In this document: positions 1 through 9,989 of the stretch, in pieces
How the letters are laid out: each line of letters begins with the position of its first letter
How positions within the stretch are numbered: the stretch's first letter is position 1
From: Gammaproteobacteria bacterium
Lineage (GTDB): Bacteria; Pseudomonadota; Gammaproteobacteria; SZUA-229
Length of the DNA stretch: 64,000 nucleotides
Assembly (NCBI GenBank): GCA_026195255.1
Contig: JAPHSS010000035.1
Coordinates: 12,858 to 76,857, forward strand
Direction of reading: 5' to 3'
The notes under the pieces: model-generated
Seen by the model: the letters and a program-made list of their open reading frames with translations, nothing else
Databases searched by the model: none
Told to the model about the DNA's origin: nothing
Made by a program: the position numbers and the translations under genes

Positions 1-2834
1 TCTTCTACTCTATATTTCACAAATTCCACCAGCAGTATCGAATCATTGACGACGATCCCCGCCAGGGAAACGAAACCGATCATGCTCGGTAAAGTAAAAT
101 CCAGACCCATAATCAAATGCCCCCAGATCGCACCGATGAGGGCAAGTGGAATATTAATCATGACAATTAACGGTTCACGAAAATTACGAAATTGCAGGCT
201 AAGTAAAAGGAATACCGCAAATGATCCAAGCCCGAAACCTGAGAGTATAGATAACTGAGTTTCAGCGCCGTTCTCGACTTCGCCTTTAAGCGTAAACGTG
301 ATATCAGGATAACGTTTCTGCAATGTGTTTAAAAAGTTTTTTTGCAGGCTTTTAATGACTTCCGACGTATTCGCAATGTTTGCATCTACATCGCCATACA
401 CATTGACAGTACGCTGGTGATTGATATGACCGATGCGAGAAAATTCACGTGTTTCAGTAATAGTCGCGACACTGCTTAAGGGAATTTGTTTTCCGGTTTT
501 TGAAAACACGATGAAATTATCAAAATCGCGTAACTCATTACCTTGCTGGTTGCCGAGTTTGGCAACAATCTCATAGGCTTCACGACCTTTGTAAATCTCA
601 CTGATTTTTACATCCAGATAAGCTGATCGTAATTGCGAGGCAATGCTACGGGAATCTATGCCCGTGGCTAAGGCTCCCGGTTTAAGTGAAATATTATATT
701 TCGGTTTACCTGGACGAAGATCATCCAGTAAATTGTTAACGCCCTCATAACCCCTGAGCCAGTTTTGAACTTCCCATGACGCCCTTGACAGTTCATCCAG
801 GTTTTGTCCGCTCAGGCGAATATGGATGGCGCGTCCCGCCGGACCTACTTTGGGTTCTTTATATTGAATGCTTAATACGTCAGGTAGTGCCCCGGTGTTT
901 TGTTCCCAGAGCCGGGTTAACTCATGAATATTTGTATTACGTTTTTCGGTGTTAAGTAAATCGATGCTAAGGGTTGCCAGATGTGTGCCATTTTCGGGAA
1001 CATCTGCATGTTCGCCATATGAAAGCTGCACATTTTTAACCAGCTCTTCTGATTCATTTTGGCTAAGAGTTTTATTAGTTTCATGCAGCGCATTAAGAAG
1101 CTTATCAACTACCTGCTCGGTTTTTAATAGTGAGGTGCCTTGCGGTAGTAAAATTCTGGCTTCCAGATTATTTCCTTCAAGATCAGGGAAGGCTTTAAAT
1201 TTAACGGTTCCTGTTGCCACCAGACCAACTGAAAAAATCAACATGGCCAGCGCTACACCTACCGTAATATATCTAAACCGCATAGCAAGTTCGGCAGTAC
1301 GCCCAACCGCGGTGCGAAGTTGATCAAATCGGGCTTCAAACTTAACTCGCCATTTTGGCGGTGAATTGTTTCGCCCATGTTCTAACGAGCGTTTCAGGTG
1401 GTGTGGCAATACCAGAAAAGCTTCAATCAAACTGATGGTAAGCACTGACAATAAAACTACGGGCAGCACACCCAAAATCTGTCCCAGATCACCCTTCATC
1501 ATTAACAGGCTGCCAAATAAAAAGGCGGATGTGAGATAGGAAGAAAAAACGCCACGAAAAACTTTTTTGGTACCATCGACAACCGCATCAAGGGGGGACT
1601 TTCCTTTGCGGAATTCATGATCAATGTTTTCAGATAAAACGATGGCATCATCCATTAAAATACCGATAGCCATCAGCAAGGCGACCATTGAGATCATATT
1701 GATACTCACGCCAAACACGACCATCATGGCAATCCCACCCAAAAATGAAATAGGTAAACCCAGGGCAATCCAGAATGTATAACGCCATGAAAAAAACAGG
1801 AGCAGCATCAAGGCCGCCAGGATTAGACCCTGCCAACCATTTGTTAATAACAGTTGTAACCGGTCACGAATTGATGTCGAAGTATCATTAACAATAGTCA
1901 GCTGTGTGCCAGCAGGTAAAATTTTATTTTCTTTTTCAACAAACTCAATCAATGCATCGGCAACTTTCAGTGTATCATCAATAGTGTTTTTACTGACTTT
2001 GAGTAATGCCGCCGGTTTACCGTTTAACTCGATACGTTCTTCAGGTTTTTCAAATTTATTTTCAATCCTGGCAATATCACCCAGTTTAATTTCACCACCT
2101 TCGGGCATATTGATTATAACGAGATCGGCCAGTTCATCGGTGGTCTTTCTTATATTATCAAAATGAATCTGATAGGAAATTTCACTTTCTTCCAATGTCC
2201 CTACGGGCAATTCCAGTGCCTGTGCAGAAATTAAATCGGCGATATTCTGCACACTAAGATTATATTTTTGTTGGGTATCAGGACGAATCAATACCTGTAA
2301 TTGATGAGTTGAGAAACCGTCCAGATTAACGATTGGAATTTGCGGCATAGCAATCAGTCGGTCACGGTAATATTCCGCCAGTGTTTTTAATTCAGTGGCA
2401 GTTAACATTTCTGAAGTGATGGCTATATTGGCAACCGGGTTAATTCTCCCCAGCTGTTTGATAACCGGCTCTTCGATATTTTCGGGGAAATTCTGAATCG
2501 CATCAATTTCAGTTTTTATATCATCAGTGAAGTCACGTATATTTCCCGTTTCCTGCATCTCCAGTGTAAAAATGGCAACACTGTCACGGGCATCACATTC
2601 CTGTTCTTTTAAAAAACTAATGCCATCTGTAGCATCTTCCAGCGGGTTGCAAATACCATCTTCAACATCGGTCGGGCTTGCTCCAGGATAAGCAACCGTA
2701 ACCTGTACCTTACTGGGCTTGAGTAATGGAAAAGATTCTTTATTAAGTTCTTTTAAAGAATTAAAACCAATGGCAATGATTGCCATCATCAAGATATTGC
2801 TAATGGTGGGGTGCGCCGCAAAATAGCGAATCAT
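1..2834 (-). CDS. RND efflux permease (AcrB/CzcA superfamily), C-terminus beyond window edge
   Basis: The minus-strand frame is open from the ATG at 2834-2832 to position 1. It is absent from the ORF track because it has no stop in the window. My own translation starts MIRYFAAHPTISNILMMAIIAIGF and contains the RND motif AIGILMDDAIVLSENI around 1640-1690. Its ATG overlaps the stop of the adaptor gene (ATGA). Confidence 0.85.
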   Translation of the reverse strand, partial: MIRYFAAHPTISNILMMAIIAIGFNSLKELNKESFPLLKPSKVQVTVAYPGASPTDVEDGICNPLEDATDGISFLKEQECDARDSVAIFTLEMQETGNIRDFTDDIKTEIDAIQNFPENIEEPVIKQLGRINPVANIAITSEMLTATELKTLAEYYRDRLIAMPQIPIVNLDGFSTHQLQVLIRPDTQQKYNLSVQNIADLISAQALELPVGTLEESEISYQIHFDNIRKTTDELADLVIINMPEGGEIKLGDIARIENKFEKPEERIELNGKPAALLKVSKNTIDDTLKVADALIEFVEKENKILPAGTQLTIVNDTSTSIRDRLQLLLTNGWQGLILAALMLLLFFSWRYTFWIALGLPISFLGGIAMMVVFGVSINMISMVALLMAIGILMDDAIVLSENIDHEFRKGKSPLDAVVDGTKKVFRGVFSSYLTSAFLFGSLLMMKGDLGQILGVLPVVLLSVLTISLIEAFLVLPHHLKRSLEHGRNNSPPKWRVKFEARFDQLRTAVGRTAELAMRFRYITVGVALAMLIFSVGLVATGTVKFKAFPDLEGNNLEARILLPQGTSLLKTEQVVDKLLNALHETNKTLSQNESEELVKNVQLSYGEHADVPENGTHLATLSIDLLNTEKRNTNIHELTRLWEQNTGALPDVLSIQYKEPKVGPAGRAIHIRLSGQNLDELSRASWEVQNWLRGYEGVNNLLDDLRPGKPKYNISLKPGALATGIDSRSIASQLRSAYLDVKISEIYKGREAYEIVAKLGNQQGNELRDFDNFIVFSKTGKQIPLSSVATITETREFSRIGHINHQRTVNVYGDVDANIANTSEVIKSLQKNFLNTLQKRYPDITFTLKGEVENGAETQLSILSGFGLGSFAVFLLLSLQFRNFREPLIVMINIPLALIGAIWGHLIMGLDFTLPSMIGFVSLAGIVVNDSILLVEFVKYRVE

Positions 2835-4297
2835 TGCACAGCACCTTCAATTAACTCAGGGGGTGAAACCAGCTCGTGACTTTCGTTAAGTTTATTTTCA
2901 TTGCTATTGTCCGGGCTGATGGCGTCTTCACCAGCAGCGTCTTTGGCCATCTGTTTTTCATACTCACTTGCCATGACAAGTTTAAGCGGCATACCATTAA
3001 TCACAGGTGTAACATCGGTGATAATTATTTTATCACCTTCTTTAACACCGTCGCCGACAACCACCAGTTTCCCCTGTTTGTGAAGAATATTTAGCGGACG
3101 AATCTCCAGCTGATAATTTGTCCCTGAATCATTTTCTCTGGCCACATAAACACGCCCCTGATGGATGGCCTTTCGTGGTAAAACCAGCAACTCTCGTGCG
3201 GGTGAAAAAAATTCAACCGCTGCATACATGCCTTTTAACAAGGGTGGACGTTTGCCAGGAATAACACCTGCGTAGGGATTGTTGACCGCAACCACCAGGC
3301 CAATTGTATCCCGCTCAGGATCAATGGACTCACTAATACGTAACAGCTCACCTTGCCATTGTGTGCTAATCCCTTCATATCCGACGAGGCTAACATTTGC
3401 CTGCAGTTTAATTTTTGAGAATGCAGACTGCATGTCTTGCGGGTTTTGTAGATTTAAACGTTGATCACCAAAACCCATTAACATTGGGTAAAACTGGCGT
3501 ACAGACAACTGTGCATTAATTTCAATAGCCTGTGTGCCTAATGCTTCAAACAACACACTGCCTACAGGTGTATATTCACCTTTTTCAACATTCACTTCTC
3601 CTATGCGCGCATCAAAAGGCAGACGAATTTCGGTACGTCCCAGGGTGTCCTGGCTTTGTGCAAGCTGAGTTTTAGATTGTTTGATCTGTGCCTGAGTTAC
3701 GGATTTACGACTCGTGTAACTTGCCAGCCTGCCCTGTAAATCTTCGACCTGCTGTTGAAGTTGCAAAACTTTCTGCTCTTCAGCATCAACGGTTGAACGA
3801 GAAATTAGACGTTTTTCCCAGACACTTAACAAACGGTTCAATTCTTTTTTACCGGTGTCCAGGTTCCTTCTGGCAATTTCGAGTGAACGGCGAGTGCTAC
3901 GTTCTTCAACTTGCAATTGCTCCAGAGATGATTGACTACCCGCTAACCCCGCTTCGCTTTGATCACGTGAAAACTCAAAAGCAGTGGGTTCAATTCGTAT
4001 AACCACGGTTCCCTTTGCCAGGCTTGCGCCTTTTTTTAATGCAGGGTGAATATAACTAATCTTGCCGCTGACTTCCGTTTTAGCTTTAACCAGAACCGCG
4101 GGCTCGACATTACCGTAAGCCATAGCACGACTGCGAAATGGCAGCTTTTTCAAGGTAATGACTTCCACCGTTTTAACAGGAAACTGCATTACCTCATGCT
4201 CCACAGGTGGCGCAGATTTTATCTTGTAAATAACCACAGCCAGAGCTGTAATAACAATCAAAGGTAGAATAAATGCGTTTTGAAATATTTTTTTCAT
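2831..4297 (-). CDS. RND efflux periplasmic adaptor (membrane fusion protein, HlyD/AcrA-like)
   Basis: 488-aa ORF with an N-terminal TM anchor, a coiled-coil-rich middle (LEQLQVEERSTRRSLEIARRNL, QQQVEDLQGRL) and a beta-barrel-like C-terminal part. It is translationally coupled to the RND permease downstream and the TetR gene upstream. Confidence 0.85.
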   Translation of the reverse strand: MKKIFQNAFILPLIVITALAVVIYKIKSAPPVEHEVMQFPVKTVEVITLKKLPFRSRAMAYGNVEPAVLVKAKTEVSGKISYIHPALKKGASLAKGTVVIRIEPTAFEFSRDQSEAGLAGSQSSLEQLQVEERSTRRSLEIARRNLDTGKKELNRLLSVWEKRLISRSTVDAEEQKVLQLQQQVEDLQGRLASYTSRKSVTQAQIKQSKTQLAQSQDTLGRTEIRLPFDARIGEVNVEKGEYTPVGSVLFEALGTQAIEINAQLSVRQFYPMLMGFGDQRLNLQNPQDMQSAFSKIKLQANVSLVGYEGISTQWQGELLRISESIDPERDTIGLVVAVNNPYAGVIPGKRPPLLKGMYAAVEFFSPARELLVLPRKAIHQGRVYVARENDSGTNYQLEIRPLNILHKQGKLVVVGDGVKEGDKIIITDVTPVINGMPLKLVMASEYEKQMAKDAAGEDAISPDNSNENKLNESHELVSPPELIEGAVQ

Positions 4298-4902
4298 CTG
4301 CTGTGCTCAATCCCACGGCGATAAATTGCAAAAACACCCGCCGCTTTATCGCGTATATTTCCAGTATCTCCGTCCAGTAATGACTGCATAACCAGACCCT
4401 GGATGGTACCTATAAACAATGTACCCGCTGACTGCGTATTTATAGCCAGATCTATTTCACCTTGAGCTTTACCCTTTTCTATCAATACCGCCAAACGCTC
4501 AGCGTATTTTCGAGTCATGGTGCGCGCCATACGTTTGGCCGCGGTATCCTCCGCACGCTGTAATTCGCCAAATAACATACGCGGTACACCTGGATGCGCA
4601 GAGACAAACTCAATATGCGTCATAAACACTGCTTGCAGTGCTGCAAGTGAACTTTCTGCAGACTTGGCCGCCTTATCTATTCGCGCTAACAGACGCTCAG
4701 CAAGCCATTCCATTACCGCCTGCCAGATAGCCTCCTTATTAGGAAAGTGACGAAACAATGCCCCTTGAGTCACATTCATATATTTGGCAATAGCAGCGGT
4801 GGTTATCTTGTCAGGATTCTGTTTACCAGCAAGTTCAACCACGGCCTCTACGGTTACTGCACGACGCTCATTTGCGGGAAGATGTTTGCTTTTAGGTGTC
4901 AT
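4294..4902 (-). CDS. TetR/AcrR family transcriptional regulator
   Basis: The HTH region TTAAIAKYMNVTQGALFRHFPNKEAIW is typical of TetR_N. I chose the start at Met27 of the tracked ORF (MTPKSK) because GGAGG lies 6-10 nt upstream. Its stop overlaps the adaptor ATG. Confidence 0.85.
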   Translation of the reverse strand: MTPKSKHLPANERRAVTVEAVVELAGKQNPDKITTAAIAKYMNVTQGALFRHFPNKEAIWQAVMEWLAERLLARIDKAAKSAESSLAALQAVFMTHIEFVSAHPGVPRMLFGELQRAEDTAAKRMARTMTRKYAERLAVLIEKGKAQGEIDLAINTQSAGTLFIGTIQGLVMQSLLDGDTGNIRDKAAGVFAIYRRGIEHSR

Positions 4903-4910
4903 AACACCTC

Positions 4911-4940
4911 CAGAAGATAGTAATTGATTACTATCTTCTG
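4911..4940. promoter_or_regulatory. Perfect 14-2-14 palindrome, likely TetR operator
   Basis: CAGAAGATAGTAAT-TG-ATTACTATCTTCTG, located 9 nt upstream of the tetR start codon and abutting its Shine-Dalgarno sequence. Confidence 0.6.
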
Positions 4941-4982
4941 GCATGACAAATCTAATGTCAAGCCTGCAGGAAAAAAGCATGT

Positions 4983-5891
4983 GGGGTCAGGTCTTGCATT
5001 AAGGCATAACATCAGTTAACTTTACTTCATGGCCAGACCACTACGCATAGAACTACCAGGCGGTTTATACCACATCACTTCACGTGGTGATCGGCGTGAA
5101 GATATTTACTTAAATGATGCTGATCGCCTTGAATGGTTACGCATATTGAAAATGGTTTGTCATCGCTTTAACTGGGTATGCCATGCCTGGTGCCAGATGA
5201 CCAATCATTATCATATTATTATTGAAACGCCCGAAGGTAATTTGTCGCAGGGTATGCGGCAACTTAATGGCGTTTATACACAATGGATCAATCGCGCGCA
5301 TGATCGAGTCGGACATGTATTCCAGGGTCGATATAAAGCTATTATTATCGATAAAGATAGTTATTTGCTTGAGGTGGCACGTTATGTTGTATTAAATCCC
5401 GTGCGTGCAGGTATGGTGCGCGATACCAAACAATGGGCCTGGAGTTCGTATCGCAATATGATTGGACAGGTAGCGGCGCCAGAATGGTTAGAAACGGACT
5501 GGATATTAGGCCAATTCAGTAAACAACGTGCTCGTGCCATTACAAAATATATTGAGTTTGTGCATGATGGCATAGAATTACCGAGTCCCTGGTTGATGCT
5601 AAAAGGACAGATTTATCTAGGCGATGAAAAATTTATGGCGCGGATGCAACAGCATGCGGAGAATGAGATTGGCCAGGCTGAAATACCACGTGCACAAAGA
5701 CGACCCATAACTAAGCCTTTGACGTATTACCAGAAGAAATACAAAACGCGAAATGATGCAATTTATCAAACTTACCTAAGTGGTGACTATTCCATGAAAC
5801 ATATCGCAACACACTTTGGGCTGCATTATTGCACTGTAAGTCGTGTTATACGAAAAATGGAGCCGGATGCATGAATGCAAGACCTGACCCC
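4983..5891 (+). mobile_element. RAYT gene bounded by perfect 18-bp inverted repeats (REPtron-like unit)
   Basis: GGGGTCAGGTCTTGCATT at 4983-5000 and its exact reverse complement AATGCAAGACCTGACCCC at 5874-5891 bracket the 5029-5874 gene. Confidence 0.7.
5029..5874 (+). CDS. REP-associated tyrosine transposase (RAYT, IS200/Y1-like HUH domain) with C-terminal HTH extension
   Basis: Contains the HUH motif NHYHIIIE and the Tyr-region motif RYVVLNPVRAGMV. The N-terminus MARPLRIELPGGLYHITSRG is typical of RAYT/COG1943 proteins. The C-terminal ~60 aa (YSMKHIATHFGLHYCTVSRVIRK) looks like an HTH. Confidence 0.8.
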   Translation: MARPLRIELPGGLYHITSRGDRREDIYLNDADRLEWLRILKMVCHRFNWVCHAWCQMTNHYHIIIETPEGNLSQGMRQLNGVYTQWINRAHDRVGHVFQGRYKAIIIDKDSYLLEVARYVVLNPVRAGMVRDTKQWAWSSYRNMIGQVAAPEWLETDWILGQFSKQRARAITKYIEFVHDGIELPSPWLMLKGQIYLGDEKFMARMQQHAENEIGQAEIPRAQRRPITKPLTYYQKKYKTRNDAIYQTYLSGDYSMKHIATHFGLHYCTVSRVIRKMEPDA

Positions 5892-5915
5892 TATCGCTTC
5901 GACCCCTATCGCTTC
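5886..5915 (+). repeat. Tandem direct repeat, 15 bp x 2
   Basis: GACCCCTATCGCTTC occurs twice back to back. The first copy overlaps the right inverted repeat of the RAYT unit. Confidence 0.9.
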
Positions 5916-5917
5916 TT

Positions 5918-5944
5918 CTGATGAGGTATTTAATACCTCATCAG
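5918..5944. terminator. Perfect 13-bp-arm hairpin between convergent genes
   Basis: CTGATGAGGTATT-T-AATACCTCATCAG lies between the RAYT stop (5874) and the frmB stop (5966). Confidence 0.55.
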
Positions 5945-5965
5945 CTCCTGTACAATCAGTTAGTT

Positions 5966-6802
5966 TTATCCTCGCAGTGCCTTTGCATGATAAGCCAGGT
6001 GCTCACCAATAAACGTTGCGACAAAGTGGTAACTATGATCGTATCCCTCGTGCATACGAATCGTTATCGGCGCTCCACGTTCCTTGTAGGCTGCTTCGAG
6101 ATCCTGGGGGAATAACTGCTCTTCAAGAAACTCATCAGCAAGCCCGTGGTCAATGAGGGCCGGCATTGGTTTACTGCCGGCTTTAACGAGTTCAGTTGCA
6201 TCATAAGCCTTCCACAACTCACGATTGTCACCAAGGTAGGCACTGAAACAGCCTTCTCCCCAACTGCATACCACCGGGTGGCATATCGGTGAAAAAGCCG
6301 AAACCGAACGATAAGCACCCTCTTCTTTTAACGCACAAATCAATGCACCGTGCCCACCCATCGAGTGGCCGGTAATTGATTTAACGCCGGCTATTACCGG
6401 AAAGTTTTTTTCAATCAAGGCCGGTAGCTCTTGTGTGACATAATCATACATCTGATAGTGTCTGGCCCAGGGTTCCAGAATCGCATTGATGTAAAAACCT
6501 GCGCCTTTACCCAGGTCGTAACGATCTTCTTCATCGGCTACATCATCGCCTCGTGGGCTGGTATCCGGCATCACCAGTGCAAGCCCGAGTTCCGCAGCAT
6601 AACGTTGCGCGCCGGCCTTGGTGCGTACATTATCATCAGTACAGGTAAGGCCCGATAACCAGTACACCACCGGCACTTTTTCTGTCTTTGCCTGTGGTGG
6701 TAGATAAACAGAAAAAGTCATCTTGCAGTTACAACTAGTTGATGGGTGCTCATAACGGTTTAACCAACCGCCGAATTCTTTTATAGATTCAATTTGTTTC
6801 AT
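5966..6802 (-). CDS. frmB: S-formylglutathione hydrolase (esterase D family)
   Basis: 278 aa. Contains FSVYLPPQA, the GHSMGGHGAL nucleophile elbow and a C-terminal GYDHSYHF. Sits directly downstream of the class III ADH gene. Confidence 0.9.
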   Translation of the reverse strand: MKQIESIKEFGGWLNRYEHPSTSCNCKMTFSVYLPPQAKTEKVPVVYWLSGLTCTDDNVRTKAGAQRYAAELGLALVMPDTSPRGDDVADEEDRYDLGKGAGFYINAILEPWARHYQMYDYVTQELPALIEKNFPVIAGVKSITGHSMGGHGALICALKEEGAYRSVSAFSPICHPVVCSWGEGCFSAYLGDNRELWKAYDATELVKAGSKPMPALIDHGLADEFLEEQLFPQDLEAAYKERGAPITIRMHEGYDHSYHFVATFIGEHLAYHAKALRG

Positions 6803-6827
6803 CTTTATACCATCCTGAGGGTTAGTC

Positions 6828-7937
6828 CTAGAATATAATTACTGAGCGAATACTTTCGCCGCTGTGCATTAAATCAAAAGCCCGGTTTATATCTTCCAGT
6901 GGCATGGTATGTGTCACCATTTTATCCAGCTCAATTTCGCCGTCCATATAACGATCAACATAACCCGGTAACTCGGTACGGCCCTTAACACCGCCAAATG
7001 CGCTGCCTTTCCAGGTGCGCCCTACAACCAGATTAAACGGACGTGTTGAAATTTCCTGACCGGCACCGGCAACGCCAATTACTGTGGCAACGCCCCAGCC
7101 CATATGGGTACACTCAAGGGCTTCACGCATAACGTGAATATTGCCAATACATTCAAACGAATAATCCACACCACCATTGGTCATTTCAATAATCGCTTCG
7201 GTGGTACTAACGCTTAATGTCTTTGGATTAACAAAATCCGTTGCGCCCATTGCTTTGGCTATTTCCCATTTATCTGGATTAATATCAACCGCAATAATAC
7301 GACCGGCTTTTGCCATCACCGCACCTTGAATACAGGACAGACCAATGCCACCAAGACCAAATACCGCAACCGTAGAACCGGGTTCAACTTTAGCTGTATT
7401 TAAAACCGCACCAATTCCGGTAGTCACACCACAGCCAAGCAGGCAGACTTTGTCCAGTGGTGCCGCTTTATTGATTTTCGCCAGTGCAATTTCAGGCACA
7501 ACCGTGTATTCAGAAAAAGTCGAACAGCCCATATAGTGATAAATAGATTTGCCGTTTTGTGAGAAACGACGTGTGCCATCAGGCATATAACCGGTCCATA
7601 CTGTTGATGCAATAGACTGGCATAAATTTGTTTTTGGTGAATGACAGTATTCGCAGGTACCGCATTCGGGGATGTATAACGGAATAACATGATCACCCGG
7701 CTTCAGGTCTTTAACACCCGGGCCACACTCAACTACTTCACAACCACCTTCATGCCCCAGTACCACGGGGAAAACCCCCTCAGGGTCATCACCAGAGAGT
7801 GTAAAAGCATCGGTATGACAAACTCCAGATGCAATTACTTTCAATAGAACTTCTCCTTCTTTTGGACCTTCGAGATCAAGCATCTCGATTGACAGCGGTT
7901 TTTTTGCTTCCCATGCAACAGCAGCTTTAGTTTTCAT
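6828..7937 (-). CDS. frmA: S-(hydroxymethyl)glutathione dehydrogenase / class III alcohol dehydrogenase
   Basis: [64 protein letters not shown] is a typical Zn-ADH class III signature. The start is taken at Met22 of the tracked ORF. Confidence 0.9.
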   Translation of the reverse strand: MKTKAAVAWEAKKPLSIEMLDLEGPKEGEVLLKVIASGVCHTDAFTLSGDDPEGVFPVVLGHEGGCEVVECGPGVKDLKPGDHVIPLYIPECGTCEYCHSPKTNLCQSIASTVWTGYMPDGTRRFSQNGKSIYHYMGCSTFSEYTVVPEIALAKINKAAPLDKVCLLGCGVTTGIGAVLNTAKVEPGSTVAVFGLGGIGLSCIQGAVMAKAGRIIAVDINPDKWEIAKAMGATDFVNPKTLSVSTTEAIIEMTNGGVDYSFECIGNIHVMREALECTHMGWGVATVIGVAGAGQEISTRPFNLVVGRTWKGSAFGGVKGRTELPGYVDRYMDGEIELDKMVTHTMPLEDINRAFDLMHSGESIRSVIIF

Positions 7938-7954
7938 ATATTTGTATGCTCCAA

Positions 7955-8115
7955 AATGAACGATTATTGATCTGCGTGACACAATAGAACGAATGTTCAT
8001 TTCTTGTCAACAGGAATGTCTAATATTTTCATGTAAAGTTGGTAAATAAATTTATACACAACATTTTAAACATAGATAAGCAATATTGACTGAAATATAA
8101 CAATGAACATTCATT
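7955..8115. promoter_or_regulatory. Three copies of an AATGAAC(A/G)(T/A)T(C/T) motif in the frmA / tetR-like divergent region
   Basis: AATGAACGATT at 7955-7965. GAATGTTCATT at 7991-8001 is the reverse complement of AATGAACATTC. AATGAACATTCATT at 8102-8115 is itself the palindrome AATGAA-CA-TTCATT. Confidence 0.4.
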
Positions 8116-8232
8116 TTGTGATAAATTATTTTACAAAGTAACTCTATCTTGCGTATATTAACCATGCTTTAATAATGGTTTTACAATGAGTGACTTATTT
8201 ATTTGTGCATTAATATCAAGGTTATCTGAAAC

Positions 8233-8877
8233 ATGCCATATTTAAAAAAAGTAGTGCCAGTACCAGAGCCCGTTGATTGCCGCATTTTAACGGCTGCACT
8301 TGAACTATTCGTTAATAATGGTTTTCACAATGTTTCAGTTCACGAGATACAAAAGCAGGCTGACGTCAGCATCGGCTCTATTTACAATCATTTTGGTGGT
8401 AAGGAAGGCATCGCCAGGGCACTGTACTACCACCTGCTGAATGAGATTCAGGATCTTGTAGATTGTGCAAAAGAAGAAAAAATCACGGCTGTAGATCGCT
8501 GCAATGAAATTATACGTCAGTTATTTAATTACACAGAAACACATCAAAGTATTATCTCTTTTGTTTTTCACCCCAGGCATAATGAGTTTCTTCCTGACGA
8601 ACCGCCGATATGTAACTCCAGCCCTTTTGTCGCAATACGTGAGATCATTCAACAAGGTATGGATAATAACGAAATCAGAAAACGTGATTTGTTAGTGGCC
8701 TTTTCGGCTATTTATGGTGGTCCAATTCGGATGATTAATTTACGTCTGGATAAAATTATAAAAGATCCACTTCCAGAGTTGCTTGACGAAATTTTAGATT
8801 GCATCTGGCAAGGCATGCTTGTAATTGAAACTGAAAATAATTCAGAAGATAATATCGGTTTGCATTCAGTAGGTTAG
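8233..8877 (+). CDS. TetR family transcriptional regulator
   Basis: ILTAALELFVNNGFHNVSVHEIQKQADVSIGSIYNHFGGKEGI is a TetR_N HTH. The gene is divergent from frmAB. Confidence 0.8.
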   Translation: MPYLKKVVPVPEPVDCRILTAALELFVNNGFHNVSVHEIQKQADVSIGSIYNHFGGKEGIARALYYHLLNEIQDLVDCAKEEKITAVDRCNEIIRQLFNYTETHQSIISFVFHPRHNEFLPDEPPICNSSPFVAIREIIQQGMDNNEIRKRDLLVAFSAIYGGPIRMINLRLDKIIKDPLPELLDEILDCIWQGMLVIETENNSEDNIGLHSVG

Positions 8878-9210
8878 TAAATCTGATTATAATTTCTCAG
8901 TAAATAACTCGTGGCTTCAATAACGTCCTATACGTTTTCAACTTGCAACCTGTTATTTTTCCCGCTTACTGTTAGTCGAATGAATATCTTCTGTGTTATA
9001 AAATTTCCAGCATATTTATACTAACATTCACGTAAGTAATATAAATTACTCATACCTACTGTACACTTCTATACGTCATAAATATAAAAACTATATAACC
9101 GGAAACTACAAAAAAATCGGTTAATTAATCACCCGTAAACTCAAACAGACTTTTCGCTGAATCATTTATAAAAGTATTTATAAACATTAACTTAGCAGCA
9201 GAATTTAAAC

Positions 9211-9942
9211 TTATTTAGATGTTTTATCGCTGGAATCACTTTCAGCCAGATGGCGTTTTGTTGCCAGTTTATATATTGTTAACAAATCATCTTCATCGAT
9301 ATCGACAAGTGTATCTATGTGGCTTAAAGCGTATACAAAGTCTTCGTGATTTATTGGCTCATAACCCATGGCTACTTCTATCGGTACAGGTTCGACAGCC
9401 TGCTTATTAGTGTGAAGGTGTACAGGGTAACGTCGCCAGTTAAATAAGTTATTAAAAACAACGGCGACGATTAAAATAGTAATCGCGTTAAGCAATATCG
9501 GCTGCACCTCATACATATAACCAAGGTTATGCAGTTTCTCTGAGCCGATAACTGCGGCCAATGCAGTTGCTCCACCTGGTGGATGAATACTTCGCGTCAT
9601 GTACATAACACCAATCGCCAGACCAACGCTGGCCGATGCTGCAATGGTATAATCTGGAATCATTTTCCAGCAGGCGACGCCGACAAGGGCAGAGAAAGCA
9701 TGTCCAGCCACTAGATTCCAGGGCTGCGATAATGGCGCATGGGGTGCGGCAAAGAGTAATACAGCACTGGCCCCCATCGAGGGCACAATCAGTATCGCTA
9801 CTACCGGGTCCAGCAACCAGTAACTAACCATTAATATACCGAATATTCCGAGAAAGCCACCGACTGCTGAAATGAGTTGCTCTCGATAATTAATTTTGTG
9901 TCGCCTAAAACCAATCAAATCGAGAAAGCCTGAAAAATTCAT
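9211..9942 (-). CDS. HPP family membrane protein
   Basis: Multi-TM protein with the signature SIHPPGGATALAAVIG. Confidence 0.8.
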   Translation of the reverse strand: MNFSGFLDLIGFRRHKINYREQLISAVGGFLGIFGILMVSYWLLDPVVAILIVPSMGASAVLLFAAPHAPLSQPWNLVAGHAFSALVGVACWKMIPDYTIAASASVGLAIGVMYMTRSIHPPGGATALAAVIGSEKLHNLGYMYEVQPILLNAITILIVAVVFNNLFNWRRYPVHLHTNKQAVEPVPIEVAMGYEPINHEDFVYALSHIDTLVDIDEDDLLTIYKLATKRHLAESDSSDKTSK

Positions 9943-9989
9943 AAACTAACCTTTAATTGTGTGCTCTGGAATACTTGTGTGTTCAAGAA

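Noticed and set aside
46-2166. Small ORFs at 46-258, 917-1108, 949-1323, 1648-1836 and 1906-2166.
   Set aside because: All lie inside the edge-truncated RND permease reading frame (1-2834, minus strand), whose translation shows clear RND motifs. These are off-frame or antisense artefacts.
4903-4980. N-terminal extensions of tracked ORFs (4903-4980, 7938-8000, 12715-12819, 27242-27418, 31052-31084, 36228-36269, 38227-38262, 52267-52371, 54946-54996).
   Set aside because: In each case the family-typical N-terminus begins at an internal Met preceded by a better Shine-Dalgarno sequence. The extensions run into promoter or operator DNA or use non-ATG first codons.
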